Source of the DNA: Vitrella brassicaformis CCMP3155
Taxonomy: Eukaryota; Protista; Chromerida
Assembly: GCA_001179505.1 (NCBI GenBank)
Contig: CDMY01000989.1
Coordinates: forward strand, 124,001-188,000
DNA length: 64,000 nucleotides
Reading direction: 5' to 3'
Part shown: piece by piece, positions 1-13,199 of the stretch
How the letters are laid out: every line of letters starts with the position of its first letter
How positions within the stretch are numbered: the stretch's first letter is position 1
Notes under the pieces: model-generated
Told to the model about the DNA's origin: nothing
Database searches by the model: none
Seen by the model: the letters and a program-made list of their open reading frames with translations, nothing else
Translations under genes and position numbers: made by a program

Positions 1-99
1 GGACACTCTGACATCGATCAACCGATGCGAGAACCACAGTAACTGTTGTCTACGCCGCCTCTCATCCATCCCATCCACACATTCACAATACACCATAAA

Positions 100-1665
100 T
101 CACAACGTCTCCGTCTCAGGCTCGACGTCCTTATCGAGCAGCAACGGAATCGGCCACACAAAGTACCCATGCTTAGCGAGACACACCAGCTGCTGCACAC
201 TCTGGCTGGCCTTCCTGTCCACCGCCTCAGCTGTGTTGAACGAGTTGTGCGGCGTGAGGGTCACACGCGGGTCCGCCGCCAGCCTCATGACCGCCTCCAC
301 TTCTTGCGCCTGCGGTGTGTCGGGCGGTGGGGCGATCTTGTCCCTCAGCATCTCGGCAAGGCTCCTCTCGTGACTGAAAACGTCCAGTGCGACGCCGCCC
401 AGCCGGCCTTCGTCGAGGGCTTTGAGCAGCAGAGATGAAGCGCAGAACTCGCCTCTTGAGATGTTGACAAAGAGGGCGCCTTCCTTGAGCAGAGAGAGGC
501 GGTGGGGCGTCATGTAGCCGATGTTGCATGAGGTCAGGTTCATGCAGACCACCTGATTTGATTGCACACGGACGGGACGCACCAGAGAATAAGTGAGTGC
601 ACTCGATGCAGTTGCTCGCACTCGGATATCTCTCTCTCTCACCACGCAGTGGGCGCCTTTGAGGGCGACTTCAGGCTCCTGGTAGGGCACCAGATCGCTG
701 TACTTGATGGCGATGTCGACACCAACGACATTCATGCCAAGAGCAAGACCCAGACGACACACCTGCATCAAAGCATGACGGAACACACAGACATTCCATT
801 GGTGTGGTGGATTGGATGTATGTGTGCACTTCAGTCAGTCAGCGCCTCCATCTTTCTGCCTGCCTGACCTCTGAGCCGATGTTGCCCACACCAACCACCA
901 CCATTTTCTTGCCCTTCAACTAATACACACACACATAAACACACACACACACATGAACACACCAACGCTGAGTGAGTGAGAGTCCCTCCCTCCCGCTGTG
1001 CTCACTCACCTCCATGCCTGTAAGCCCATCTCTGTGGAACTGGTGCCACTGACTCCTCTGTTGGGCCAGCTTGCGCGACAGACTCAGCAGCAGCATTATG
1101 GCCTGCTCGGCCACGGCACGCACGCAGTAGAGCGGCAGGTGGCCGAAGTGGATGTGCTGCGTCCGCTCGACGGTCGCCTGATGCCGGTACGCCAGCAGGT
1201 GGTCATACCCTGTGGAGCGGCTCAGAATCGCCTTCAGATCCTGATGGGATGGAGGACACCCACACATTGTCTGTCCACCATTCAGCGGCCAGCTGGTCAT
1301 TGATTCTGTTGACTGTGTGTTTCCCGCTCTCTGTGTGTGGCTTGCTTACGTCTGCCCATTCCAGCGGCAGCGTGCTCTGTGTGCGGATGCTGATGACGTC
1401 GCAAGGCGGCGGGCCGATGGACGGGCCGGAGGTCTTCGATTCGCCCCGCTGCGCAAGGAACTCCTGTATGGTGGCTGGGACGAGTTCACCCTCCACCCAT
1501 GGGGTTGCATCGAGGTACCGCCGGATGTGTGCAGCCTCCTCCTCAAACGCTGAGTGCCAACAGCGTACACACACACAGATGGAATACAGACATTCAATGA
1601 ATGAGTGGATCTGCGTTGCCGCCCTCTCTGCCGTGCTGTACACCTTCGAAGAAGAATGTTCTCAT
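100..1665 (-). CDS. D-isomer-specific 2-hydroxyacid dehydrogenase (D-lactate dehydrogenase-like), multi-exon
   Basis: Spliced exons give MRTFFFE, ILSRSTGYDH, AVAEQAIMLLLSLSRK, the Rossmann motif VVGVGNIG (exon ~850-910), LFVNISRG, GGVALDVF and TLTPHNSFNT. These are canonical family motifs. Confidence 0.9.
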
Positions 1666-2093
1666 TTTTCGAACGAAGTGAGGATGCTGGGGAGCCCCTG
1701 ATCTTGAGGCGGCATGATATCGACGTGATGAGATCCGACAGCACGATCCGATGAGCTGAGTGCGGCACATCAGGCTGTGAAGCGTTGCGTGATCTTCCCT
1801 TGACAGGCACAGAATACTCTTCTTCCTCTCCCCTTCCCTCCCGTTCCCAAGCTCGCAAAATGGGGCAGACTTTTCCCTGGGGGCTTTGTGTTCTTCATTG
1901 GCGCCCTTCAGGATGTCAGCAGAGAACGTCGCGCTATGGATATCTCGCGAGAAGAAGCATCCCATTATCACTCGCTCAGACAAACCATCGGCTGTCGGCA
2001 GGTCAGGCACGGAGAACACACAAGCACACTCAAACACACATGTGGTGGATGGATGCACCTGTTTGTGGTTTGTTTGTGGGCTGCATGTTTGCT

Positions 2094-5000
2094 ATGTCAA
2101 GGGCCAGGGCCAGATTGGCAAAGGAGATCGGAGCCAGGCGCCCGTCGCCGCCCGTGGTTTCCCCAAGGAATGCCACAGCAGCCTTTTCCCCCACATCCAA
2201 GGCCGGCCTGACTCTCCCCCTGCTGCATCAGGAGGCCGCTGACGCTACCGCCAGTGCAGATAAGCCAGTGGCTCCCACAAGAGATAAAAAGAGGAAAATC
2301 CCCGGACCGATAGAGTCCACGTCCACGGGTGAGGTCATCAGCCGGCTGTTTCCCGAGGCGCGCGAAGACGAGACCGTCAAGACTACCGCCGATGCAGCCA
2401 CCTCGTTCATGCTCGACTCCCTCAGCGCTATGCGCAAGGGTGAGGGCGGAGCTGACGGCAAGCGTGGAGGCAGGGGGGGAGGCGGCGGCTCACGCAAACC
2501 GGCCGGTCTGCCCACTTCGCCGGTGGTGTCATGCGAGCTGCGTCTGCAGGAGCTGGACTTTCTCACCACCAATTTCGGTGAGCCCAACTCGGTGGCGGCA
2601 GCTTTGGCGTGTCAAATGCTGGGATTGGGCGGCCAGGGCCGCGGAGGCCCGAGCATGCTTCAGAACTTCTTTCCCCCTGCTTATGGTGATGTGCTGAAGC
2701 GGCTCAAGACTCACTTTGAGAACGCCGTCTTCAGCACGGAGGTCGAGCCGCTTGACGAGTCCCTCGTCGCCGACGAAAGATGGCCTTGTCATCGGAGTGA
2801 GGGCAGCGACAATGTGCCTGAGCTGGTGGATGGGCTGGAGAGACGGCTGCTGGAGCGGGTGCCATGGTTTGTAATTGCAAGACGGCAGAAAAAGAAACTC
2901 GATGCGCTGCTCTTGCAGGTGGGCGCTGGGCAGCCAATCGGCCCACGTTGTTTGTCTTTGTGGGGTGGATATGTCTCCATCAATCATGGCATCGATCCAT
3001 GCTCAGGTTGCTGATCTGTCGATGCGTGCGCGTGACGCATCTCGCCTGAAGCGCATGGCGTTGGTTGTGATGGAGAAGACACAGGACATATACCGCCGCG
3101 TCATCAAGCGATGGATAGTCGCACTCTGGAGACAGAGCATCAAAGACGGCAGACTGTTCAGGTGGGCAAGAAGGCGTACGATGCCGACAGACCTCTCTGT
3201 GTGTCTTTCACCTCCCAGAGACACGTTGGAGCGCCTCTACGGCAAGGAGCGTGACTCATTATTGACACCCTTCGTCCACTGGAGGTGCGACAGCATCACA
3301 GCCGTTAAGGCAAAGGCCTGCAGGTCTGCTGCTGTCTGCGGTCACCCCCCGTTGTCAGGCTGCACACCTACCTGAGGCGGATAGAAAAGCTCGACGACCA
3401 CATCAAGGAGAGCACCCGTGAGGCAACTCATCTCCGTGAAGAGCTGACGGCCTATCAGAATGAGCTGGAGCGGTTGGAGGACTCTCTGTCATTCAAGACC
3501 GAGCAGTACAACGAATGCAAGACGGAATTGCAGGGCACCAAGAAGGCCAACGAGGCACTCAAGGTACTGACTGAAAACACAAGACAGACAGAGGATGAAT
3601 AAAGTGCCTTGCCTGCCTGCGCCTGGTGTGGCCCAGAAAATGTGGGAGGAATTCCAGCCGATGAAGCTGCGCAAGTCGCTCCACGTATCGCTCGAGGAAC
3701 TCTTCACACTCATATCACAAAAGGCACAGCTCAGGTCAGCGAGCAATGGATCGAAGAGGCAAGGTGGCGTCCATCCAGGGACTGCCTCTTGTCGTGTCTC
3801 TCTCTCTCCTGTGTACAGAGACCACCAAAAGGAGTCCCTCTTGCGCTCACAGAACATCCGAGTAAGCATGGAGACATCAGGCGTGATCCTTATGTGTATG
3901 GCCTGTCATCTGCGGCCGTGTGCCTTTGCAGGAGATGTTGACTGAGGAGGACACCCGCAGCCTCACCCTCTCACAGCTGCAGCCTGACCAGCTGCTCATC
4001 AAGTGGATCAACTACCAATTGCACGTACGCCGTTTACTTCTCTGTGGCGAGTCAAGACGCGTGAATGTTGACGTGTGTGTGTCTCTGTCTGGGGCGCTTT
4101 GTGTGCAGCGTGCCACCAACCAGGCAAGCAACCTGCTGGACATGATGGGCGAGCCCCTCACAGACCAGTCCCCCTCATGGATGAACAGCGCCTCGCAGAG
4201 GGATACGTACACTCGCAGGTCAGCTGGTTCGCGTCTTCGCTGCTTCATCCTGTGCACAGACATTCTGAGAATGACGACGTATGTTCAGGTTGGATGCGGT
4301 GCTCAATGCGCAGCCTGTGAGCAATCTTGGGAAGGATTTGCGGGACAGTGTGGTGCTGGCGTGTGTGGCGGCCATCCTCAAGGCAGATCGGTCCAAGGAC
4401 GGCAGCTGGATATCGCCCTGGGACCTGGAGTGCCTCGACCTCAGAGACCTCGAGATGAGAGCCACTGCACTCAGAAACACAATGAGGCCGGTAGACACAG
4501 ACAGACAGGGAAGGAGAGAGACACGCATCGCATGGTAGTGCTGTCTCCTATTTGCAGCTGGTGGCCAACCAGCGAGCGTATGCGGTGCTGCGTCCAGAAG
4601 ACATATCCCAAGGCAACCACAAGATGGTGACGCTCTTCCTGGCAGCCCTGTTCCTCGCCCACCCCTCTCTCCCCCTGATACCAACCGAGCAGAGGGCCTC
4701 ACTCCGGAGTGAGGAAGGAGAGGCCGGCGGCAGCTCGTCAGACCTCACTGGGAGGCAGAAGAACGGTGGCGAGAGCGAGTCTGGTGCCACAGACGGGCCA
4801 CCAACAGCCCCCTTGTCCAGGAAGGCCACAGTGGGGATAGAAAAGGTGAGACGACATTCGACCATGATGTCAGTCAGTCATTCTGCTTGCCTTGCCTGCT
4901 TCAATCAGGCTTTGGCAGGCGAGGCAGCCGATGTGGGAGATGAGACCGATAGTGCCAGTGCTGCTGCCGCAGTGGCGCCCAAGACCCGCGGAACTGAGCG

Positions 5001-5616
5001 GCACCGCATGGCGGCCGACGCTGTGGTGGACATGTTCGAGTCACACGCGGGTGCGCTGGTGTATGACCGGCTGCAGGACCCCACCGGCCTGCTGAAGTCA
5101 GGGGAGACCTTCAATGATCTGATTCGCCTCAGCGGCGAAGATATTCTCCTGAGATGGCTCAACCTGCAGGTGCGGTGGATCTCGTGTGTGACAGGAGTGT
5201 TTGTGTTGCGGCAGGTCGGTCTTGAGTTGTTTTGCGTAGGTTGGTGATCTGTTTGAGAAACCGATAGACAACTTTGGCCCAGCGCTGCAGGTGGGTGGGA
5301 AGACATGCGTCGATCGATCGATCCATGGACAGGATCGGTAGACGGGTTGCTATGGGTGTGGTGTTGCGTGCAGGATGGCATGGCGCTGTATCTTCTGCTT
5401 CACGTGATAGCCTATGACGTCCTGCCGGAGGTCACCGCAGTGGCTGATCCAGCTCTTCGGTCAGTCAGTTGGTCAGTCGGGAATCCATTTGTGTGTTCCC
5501 ATCCCGGTTATCGCATAGGGCGGCGAAGATCACATCCATTGGACAGCGGATCACGGAGATTGACCAGCTGTCAGGTACGTGTGCATATCGGTACTCTGCA
5601 CCTCTGCTGAACCACC

Positions 5617-5647
<31 letters not shown>

Positions 5648-8177
5648 TGTGTGTGTTCAGAGCAGTGTCTATTGAACGGCCAGGCTGACCTCATCGCCGC
5701 GTTTGTCTGCGCCCTCTTCCTCTGTCGGTCCGACATCCGCACACACATGACGCGCCTCTCTCTCCTTGTGTTGTAGTATGTGCTGTGGCGTCCATCGCTT
5801 GTGCAGACCAAACATGGCTGTATCCAGCCGCTCGCCTATCTACAATCATCACAACACGCTCGAGAGGAGACAGCAGGACTGGTGGGGACAGAAAGACACA
5901 CCAACTCGGGTCAGGCGGTGGACACCCATTTGCTTGCAGGCACCGTGTATCCAAGGCGCAGGACTCCATCTTCATGGACTTCTGCCACGACCTAGAGAGC
6001 AGCTTCACAGAGGTCATGTGTGCACTGACAGCCTGCCAGCTAGTCTCGCTTCATTCGGTCTATTCATCCATCAGATAGCCGCTGCAATGGAGGAGATCGA
6101 GCAGGTACCTGGGACTCATCTCATTCCTACCTGCCTGCCTGCATCGAAAAAGTCTTTATGCGTTGTGTGTGCCCGTGTGTGTTTCGTCAGTAGACCCGTC
6201 ACGTGACGGACTTGATCCAAGGGAAAGGTGTGCATCCATACCCTACACAAGCGGGATTGCCAATGGATATGTCCCTGATGCGGTCAGTGCGGGAGCTGCA
6301 CACTGACATTTTGGCTCACCGTGCGAGGGGTCAAATGAGGGCGCTGATGGATGCCCGGGAAAGCCGAGACTTTGCCGACTTCACGACAATTCGAAGAAGC
6401 GTCCTGCAGCGCGTCATGCAAATGAAGGTGCGCTCCATGGCTCGCCCATGCAGAGAGTATGCGGTGTGGCGATCCCCATCGTGTGTGTGTGTGTGTGTGT
6501 GTGTGTGCCGGGCAGAATGGGAATGGCTCCTTGGACCGCCTTGACGAGTACATGGAGAAATGCGAAGACATCCTTCGGTGAGTGAGTGAGTGAGTGAGTG
6601 AGAGTGAGTGAGTGAGAGATGCTGACTATTCATCTGGTCACTCGCCCGACCCATACATATACAAATGTCGATCAGCCGTCACTACAAGCTGATTCGTCGT
6701 GTGTACCGCCACTATGCGGCGATGAGGCCCACCAGCCGCTACGGCCTCTCATTCGACGCCCTTATCGTCATATACCAGGTGATTTGAACACGCAGAGACA
6801 CACAGAGGCACACAGAGGCACACAGACACAGACACGCGACTTTCCAATTTTTCTTCGTTTGGTCAGGACTGCAAGCTGAGGTAAAAACCGCACGTAGATA
6901 GAGACACAGCAGGCCCACCTGTCTTCATGCATATGCTTGCAGGTCCAAAGGTCTGCCTCCCTCGTCTGTCGAGGTCATCTACAACGAGATATGCGAGGCG
7001 GCCGCCACAGAGAGGGGCGACATATCGCCCAGAGACTCAAGTGGCAGCGAGCAGATACCCCTCGCACCCGACATGTTCATCGAGGCGCTGCTGAGGATGA
7101 GCCAGATCCGACAGAGCACCAAGAAGGCACTTCCTGACAAACTGGAGGAAGTACTCACTGACCACATAAAGGTCCAAAGAGGGAGGGAGCAACGGACATG
7201 AAAAAGATAAGTCGTGACTTTGTTGTGGTGGGAGTGTGTAGGTGTACGCTCTTCAGGATATTGAGGAGGCCTTCAGGATCCAAGCATCCACGCCGAATGT
7301 CCGCGAAGTGCTCAGGTACAGCACACAAAGACCCCATGTGTGGAATGAGTGTCAGCATATGTGTGATGGCCAGGAAGCACGATGACATATTGCGGAGCAT
7401 CTTCTTCGTGTATGCGTCGCTGGACCAGTCAACAGAAAGCGCTCAGTCCAAAGTCACCACCATGAACATCAACGAGTTCTCACAGCTCCTCACCGACTGC
7501 GAGATTCTCGACAGCACCTTCGGACAGGCAGCCGTCAAGGTCAGCCAGACATGCACACCAAGCCACAACGACATCCACACACGAATAGTGTCGCAGGCGA
7601 CTTTTGAGAACATCCAGCGGACACAGCGGTCCGTGTCTCTCGCCGCAAGAGCGCGGGTGAGCATAACCGAAACAGACTCATGAGCGCGTCCCTTGGATGC
7701 TCTCCATTCAATCACGCGAAAACAGGATGATGACGGCAATTTGGTCCCCAGCGCAGTGACGGCCGCCGTGCCGCCCGAGACCCAGCCGTCGGGAGCTGCT
7801 GTGGGGGCGGGGCCTGACATGAAGGCGGAGGACGGCCTGGACGACGACAGTGAGCTGGCCTTCTCCGAATTTGTTGACGGCATGGTCAGCAGAAAGACAC
7901 ACACACAAGGAATGTCTGTCGCATGTGTTGGTGTGGGCTGGTGGTGTGTGTCTCACACAGGTGGCTGTGGCGTTGTTTAAGAACCCGAATCCCTTCATCA
8001 GTGTCGACAGCAGACTTGAACGGCTGCTCGTCGATAAGTAAGCTGAATTCCATGGATCGACCGATCTGCGTGTATGTCTCTGCCTGCCTGTCGCTCTGTC
8101 AGGGTGTTCACGTCCTTGCGGACCCACTGGAACAAGCCTGCGGGGACACAGCTGGCCAAGACAAACCCTTCTGTTAG
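2094..8177 (+). CDS. Large multi-exon protein: disordered N-terminus, coiled coil, two plastin/fimbrin-like calponin-homology (CH) domains, C-terminal EF-hand/p25alpha-like helical units. Start uncertain.
   Basis: CH-like segments: QPDQLLIKWINYQL, NLGKDLRDSVVL, LRPEDISQGNHKMVTLFLAALF. Second copy: SGEDILLRWLNLQ, LQDGMALYLLLH, LLNGQADLIAAFVCALF. C-terminal LRSIFFVYA..TMNINEFSQLLTDC..ELAFSEFVDGM. Stop TAG at 8175-8177. Confidence 0.7.
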
Positions 8178-8635
8178 CAAACAGGCGCCTGCATGCGAGA
8201 GATAATAGGCCTGTCTGGCTCGTGGGCTTTGATTGCAGGTGTTACGGATGCTGCGTCTTCTCTCTGATACGAAGAGACGAAAGGGCTGACACGTTGTGTG
8301 TGACATACGTGCATCATAACATAGAAGGACAGCGTGAGTGTCTCCTCTTGGATCTGACATGAACGCACGATGACATTCATAACTCATAGAAAAACGACAT
8401 TCATATACACTCCCAGGGATCACGAAACCTGCGCTTCTTGCACTCTTCTTACGTCTTCTTGCCGTCAAAGGGGTGTCGTACCGATCGCGAGCTTGAGCCC
8501 GCAAGGGGGGAAAGGAAAAAGGCGGCAATAGATTCACCAAGCCCCAGCAGCCAGACCCATTGAACCAGACACAGTCGCCGACGAACAAAGAACACAACGT
8601 CCCCCAGTCCTCTTCCAAGGCTTCCGCAGTCAGCC

Positions 8636-10029
8636 ATGTCGTCTATGGTGGCCAAAATGCGCTCCCGTTCGGGGTCCATCCAGGACCTCGACGCCTACTT
8701 CGCCGCCCTGGTAATGAATCAGGGCCGCGAGCAGACCCTCACATTCTTTGTGGGGGTCGACGGCTCGGAGGCCTCTCACCAGGCTGTCGACCTCGTCATG
8801 AAGTACTCGATGCCCAAAAGCAAGAATAGGTGGGCAGACCAACACACGAGGGAGGGAATGGAGCTGTTTCACCCCGTGGGGCCTCTCAGTCTCTGCCCGT
8901 GCATGTCTTCAGGATGGTTGTGGCTCATGTCTATGATGAGAGCAAGACATATCTTCCCCGCCCCATGCAACAGGCGGTCCTCTTGGCGGAGATGGAAAAC
9001 CGCCTCATCACTTCGTTTCCCGCGGCGCGATACGAGCTCAAGTGGACCGCAAAACGACCCGAGCACGGCATCAAAGAGGAGCTGGTGCACTCGGCAAACG
9101 AGACCATGGCGGGTGGGTGGGTCGATATGGATACGCCGCAGACACCAATAGAACATACATTTTCCATACATGAATGGCCTCTTTGGTGTGTGCCAGACTT
9201 CGTTGTGGTCGGCTTCTACGGTCGGAAGGGCCGCAAGGTTGACCACAGCATCGGTTCTTCGGCTGACTACTCGATGAGGAACGCCAGCGCGTCGTCTATT
9301 GTGGTCAAGGATACTTCTCCTCTCATGAGGGACATTGCCGAGGAGAGGTTCGATGGCAATCACCCAAGGCCGATCAAGTTCCTCGTCGGTATCGACAACA
9401 GCAACGCTGCACTCAAGGTAACCAAGGAAAGAGACACGGACGGAATGGTACGGTCCCCCCTTGTGTGTATCGATGTGTGTGTTGCAGGCTCTCCAGGATG
9501 TGATGAAACTGTCCAAGAGCCTTCAGGACCCCATTGTGATGGTTCATATCGCGCCACAGGAGCAGGAAGATCTGCCCATCGGCTGCACAAAGGATGTGAG
9601 TGAGGAAAGGGCACCTGCCAGCCTGTGTCTCTATGCGAATGTGTGCATGTGCGCCGCGGTCTTTTCTGCCTTGCAGGCGATACTGGATAAGTTCGAGAAC
9701 ATTCGGAAGCGCTTCCTTGCGCAGAGGCCAAATGTCACCATCAGAATCGTCATGAACACACCTGGTAAGAGAGAAACAGGAGACACACGCGGCATGTGAT
9801 GTGAGATCACACACTTTTGGCTGCGCCTGCTGTCTGTACGTCCACAGGTCAGACCCTCTCAGAGCACATATTGGAGGAGGTCGACAAAGAGGAGGCCGAC
9901 TTCGTCGCCCTTGGAGCAGACGCCATGAAGGCGAAGGCAAAGGGGAAGAACGCCTACTACTTGGGGTCAATCTCCGACCACTGCGTCAAGCAGGCCACCT
10001 GCAACGTCATTGTCAGCCACTCGGCCTAG
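8636..10029 (+). CDS. Universal stress protein with two tandem USP domains
   Basis: Domain 1: FFVGVDGSEASHQA...DFVVVGFYGRKG...IGSSADYSMRNASASSIVVK. Domain 2: FLVGIDNSNAALKA...ADFVALGA...LGSISDHCVKQATCNVIV*. Joined by GT-AG introns. Confidence 0.9.
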
Positions 10030-10330
10030 GCAACATACATAGCACATGTCGTAATGCACACATGACGAGGGAAGGAGGGAGAGGGAGACGGGATGGGGGG
10101 AAGATACACAAGGAGGGCTGGACTCCCGGGGCTGTCCTGTACATATCTTTTTCTCTGACTATGCTGCCGCTGTTGTTTGTCAAGTGAAGTGCCTTACTGT
10201 CCCTGCGTCTGTAACGAATGAAATGTGCTGAATCATGCCGGTTTGGCGGGCGAGAAATTCGATATCGATCTGAATATGGTTTCAGGAGAATAGATGGTGT
10301 CTTCGCTCGCTGCCCAGTCCTCGTGCGCAC

Positions 10331-11566
10331 ATGCAGCTCCCCCCAACATGGCCCACAGCATCATCGTCCGACATTCCCTCCCTACCAACCTCTCCCTCAG
10401 AGCAAGAGTCAGACGGCGTCGCTCAGTCAGGCCGAAGACGCATCGGCACTGTGCCGGCGTTGTCGGCTCCAAGACTGCACCACAGCAGCGAGTCGCCTCG
10501 GTACGGCAAAAGCAAGAGACTCCTGACCAACGCCTCTGCTCCTCTCTCCCCGACGGAGCCGTCTTCACAGACAGACGGGCCTTCTCCGCCAATATGTTCT
10601 CCGCCTCCTCCCGTCCCTCTATGCGACGTGTCAGACCACCGGGACGGCAGGTCATCGTGCAGCAGCGACCAAGACGCAGCCCCCACCGTCCGCAACACAC
10701 AGAGCGACCACCGTGAGGACGGCCGAGTGAAGGCAGAGGCCCCCTCCAAGCGGATCCAACAGAAGTCCGGATTGCTGACTGTCCCTCCGTGGCGCTCCTA
10801 CCTTCGCTCCAGCAACAAAATCGCGTTGGGCGGGCGGCTGTCTCGGTCGGCACCAACGACGGATAGGCCAGCCCGGCCGGGTGATGTGTCTGGGGAAGAT
10901 GGGGCTGCCAGTACGAGCGCTGCCAGTGCGGGTGGTGTTCGGTTCAACGACGAGGTGGAGCATCCCGAGCGATTTCTCTGCAATCCTTACATTCGCGTTC
11001 TAGTGGTGCTGTGTGCTTGTTGACTTTGTGGCGGCAGGTGGAGGTCGCGTTGTTCCGCGGCCTGAAGGACACGAAGCTTCAGCACGTGGAGGTCGTTGAC
11101 AACGATGGGACGGCAGCGGTATATTATGAAGAAGTCGTGAGGTCAGCGGCAGCAGACAATCAATCAACCCAGATGTCTGATGCGCTCTTTGGCGCCCCCG
11201 GTTCCGTTTTCGGTCTCTCTCTCTCTCCCTGTCTGTCTGTCTGTGTGTCTCTGTGTGTGTGACAGCTGGAAGGAGATCGTATCGGGCGACGACATGCAGC
11301 TGAACCTGTGTCTGCCCGACATCAAGATCAGCAACATGCGGACGCAACGAAAAGAGAAGAGACAGAAGCGCCGGCAGCAGAAGGACCGGCAGCTGCGGGA
11401 CTCTTCGTCGGCCGAGGATGCATCGTGTCATGACAGCTCCGCTGACAGCGAGGCCAGCTCCTCCTCCTCAGCTAACTCGTGTCTGCACGTGAGTGCGGAC
11501 TTTCTGGCGTCCCTGCTGCAGCTCCACCGTCGGGGAAGCGACGACAGCAACGGCAGTGACGACTGA
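10331..11566 (+). CDS. Hypothetical Ser/Pro-rich, largely disordered protein (about 3 exons)
   Basis: ORF 10331-11023 followed by plausible exons VEVALFRGLKDTKLQHVEVVD and SWKEIVSGDDMQLNLCLPDIKISN...SDD*. No recognisable domain. Confidence 0.5.
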
Positions 11567-12422
11567 GAAGGGGCAAAGCTGCCGTGCTCATTGTCTGGGT
11601 CTGCGATGATTTGAAGCAGGCTGCCTGTTTGTGTCCGTGTCAAGCTGGGCTGTGCGAATGACGTCTACGTATTTGTCGGCGTGTTTCTTTTTTTCAGCCA
11701 GCCATGGTGTGTGTGTGTGTGTGTACCGTCCATACCTCAATTCCTTGTAGCTCAGTAGAGAGACGCTGTTTGCCTGTGCGTCTTGGGCACGCCCTTTATT
11801 CTCCTGCCTCTGCTTGTCGGGGTGCCCATTCTCATTCCCCTCTGTCGTGTTGACGTCCATACGCGTCCCAGCAGGGCTCATTTGACCACAGACTCCGAGC
11901 CCCAGACACTGACACTAACTGACACGCACCCCCTCAATGTCCCTCCCAGTCAGTGTCTGGGAGGAAAATCGGACAAATCTTTGTAGCTGCCGATGGTGCA
12001 TCTGGAGTGATCTGAAGCGGGCGGGCAAATGGCTGTTTATTGCACACATCAAAGCTACTGCGAGTATTATTATGTACTATTGTTTCTGACCAGGACGCCA
12101 CCAACGGCAAAGCGTTCAGAAGTTAAGAACCCTTGTGAGAGAACGAAGCCACCCCGCTTTTTGTGTACAGCCCTCGCGTCGACGCCCCTACCGTCCCTGC
12201 GCCCGGCGCACGTCAAAACCAGCTCTGCTCCACCCTCACTCTCAGTAAGCCGCCCGCCCGTCGAAAGCGAGAGCTCAGACCAGGACGGCAGAGGGGCCCT
12301 TGCACAGGCCCAAAGGCCACTGCTGGTGCTTTGGCAGCCGAGCGGCGCTGCTCACTTCCTCCCACGTGCTGTCTTTCTGTGTGTGGTGTCCGTTGGTGTT
12401 CGTTGGGTGAGCAGGCGGCGTG

Positions 12423-13158
12423 ATGAAGGCCCTCTGCCTCGCCGTCTTCGTCGGCCTGTGTGTGGCCTCTGCTTTCGGTAAGCTGCTGAGGTGTCGCTGC
12501 AGACGAGACGAGCCGTTGCGTTATTCCGGGTTGTGTGTATGTGTCTCGCGTGTGTCGGGTGTGATGTCGTTCAGCTGAAGAGTTTGAGCTGCAGATCCTG
12601 GAGGGAGGCGAACTCTCGTCTGGCAGCATCCTACGCCGCCTACAGAACGGATCGGAAGGAATCTTCGAATTTGTGCCCGAAATCCCACCTGTAAAGGAGA
12701 CCATACCGCTCGAGGAAATCGAAGAGGGACTGTTCAACAACGAAGTGGACTTGGGCAACGTTGCTGGGTGCACGTGGACTGGGGGCAGGTTCGTCATGGA
12801 TGGCGAGACGGCGATGGCGATGGACGCCTCGATGCCGCTCACCCGCCGCGGCAACAATCTGAGGACGTCCACTGCACGGGCGCCTCTGCCCAACGGCGGG
12901 GTACGGCAGCTGGTCGGGTTCACCACCAACAACTGGTGGGGCCCTATCAACAATCAGCCGACCATGCAGGTCACGTGTACCACCACGTCGATTATTTACA
13001 ACTGCTTCCAAGACTACAGGAACTACATTTTCTATGGCACCTACTACGTCCACGAGGGGCGGCGGCTGTTTGGATGGAACAGCGGCGGCAACGGTGCGCT
13101 GAAGGAATACGAGTTCGCCGTGAAGCTGATGTGCTCCAAGGCCGAAAATGGTGTGTAG
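12423..13158 (+). CDS. Secreted hypothetical protein with signal peptide (2 exons)
   Basis: ATG at 12423 gives signal peptide MKALCLAVFVGLCVASAF. A phase-1 GT-AG intron (12478-12574) joins in frame to AEEFELQILEGGELSSGSILRRLQNG...KLMCSKAENGV*. Confidence 0.8.
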
Positions 13159-13199
13159 TGTAGCGCTGCCCTCGTCATCGCATCTGTGTATAGTCACTT

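Noticed and set aside
12880-13060. Resemblance of GFTTNNW..TTSIIYNCF to avidin (GFTVNW..TTVFTGQCF)
   Set aside because: Only a few residues match and the spacing differs. Not supportable without a profile search.
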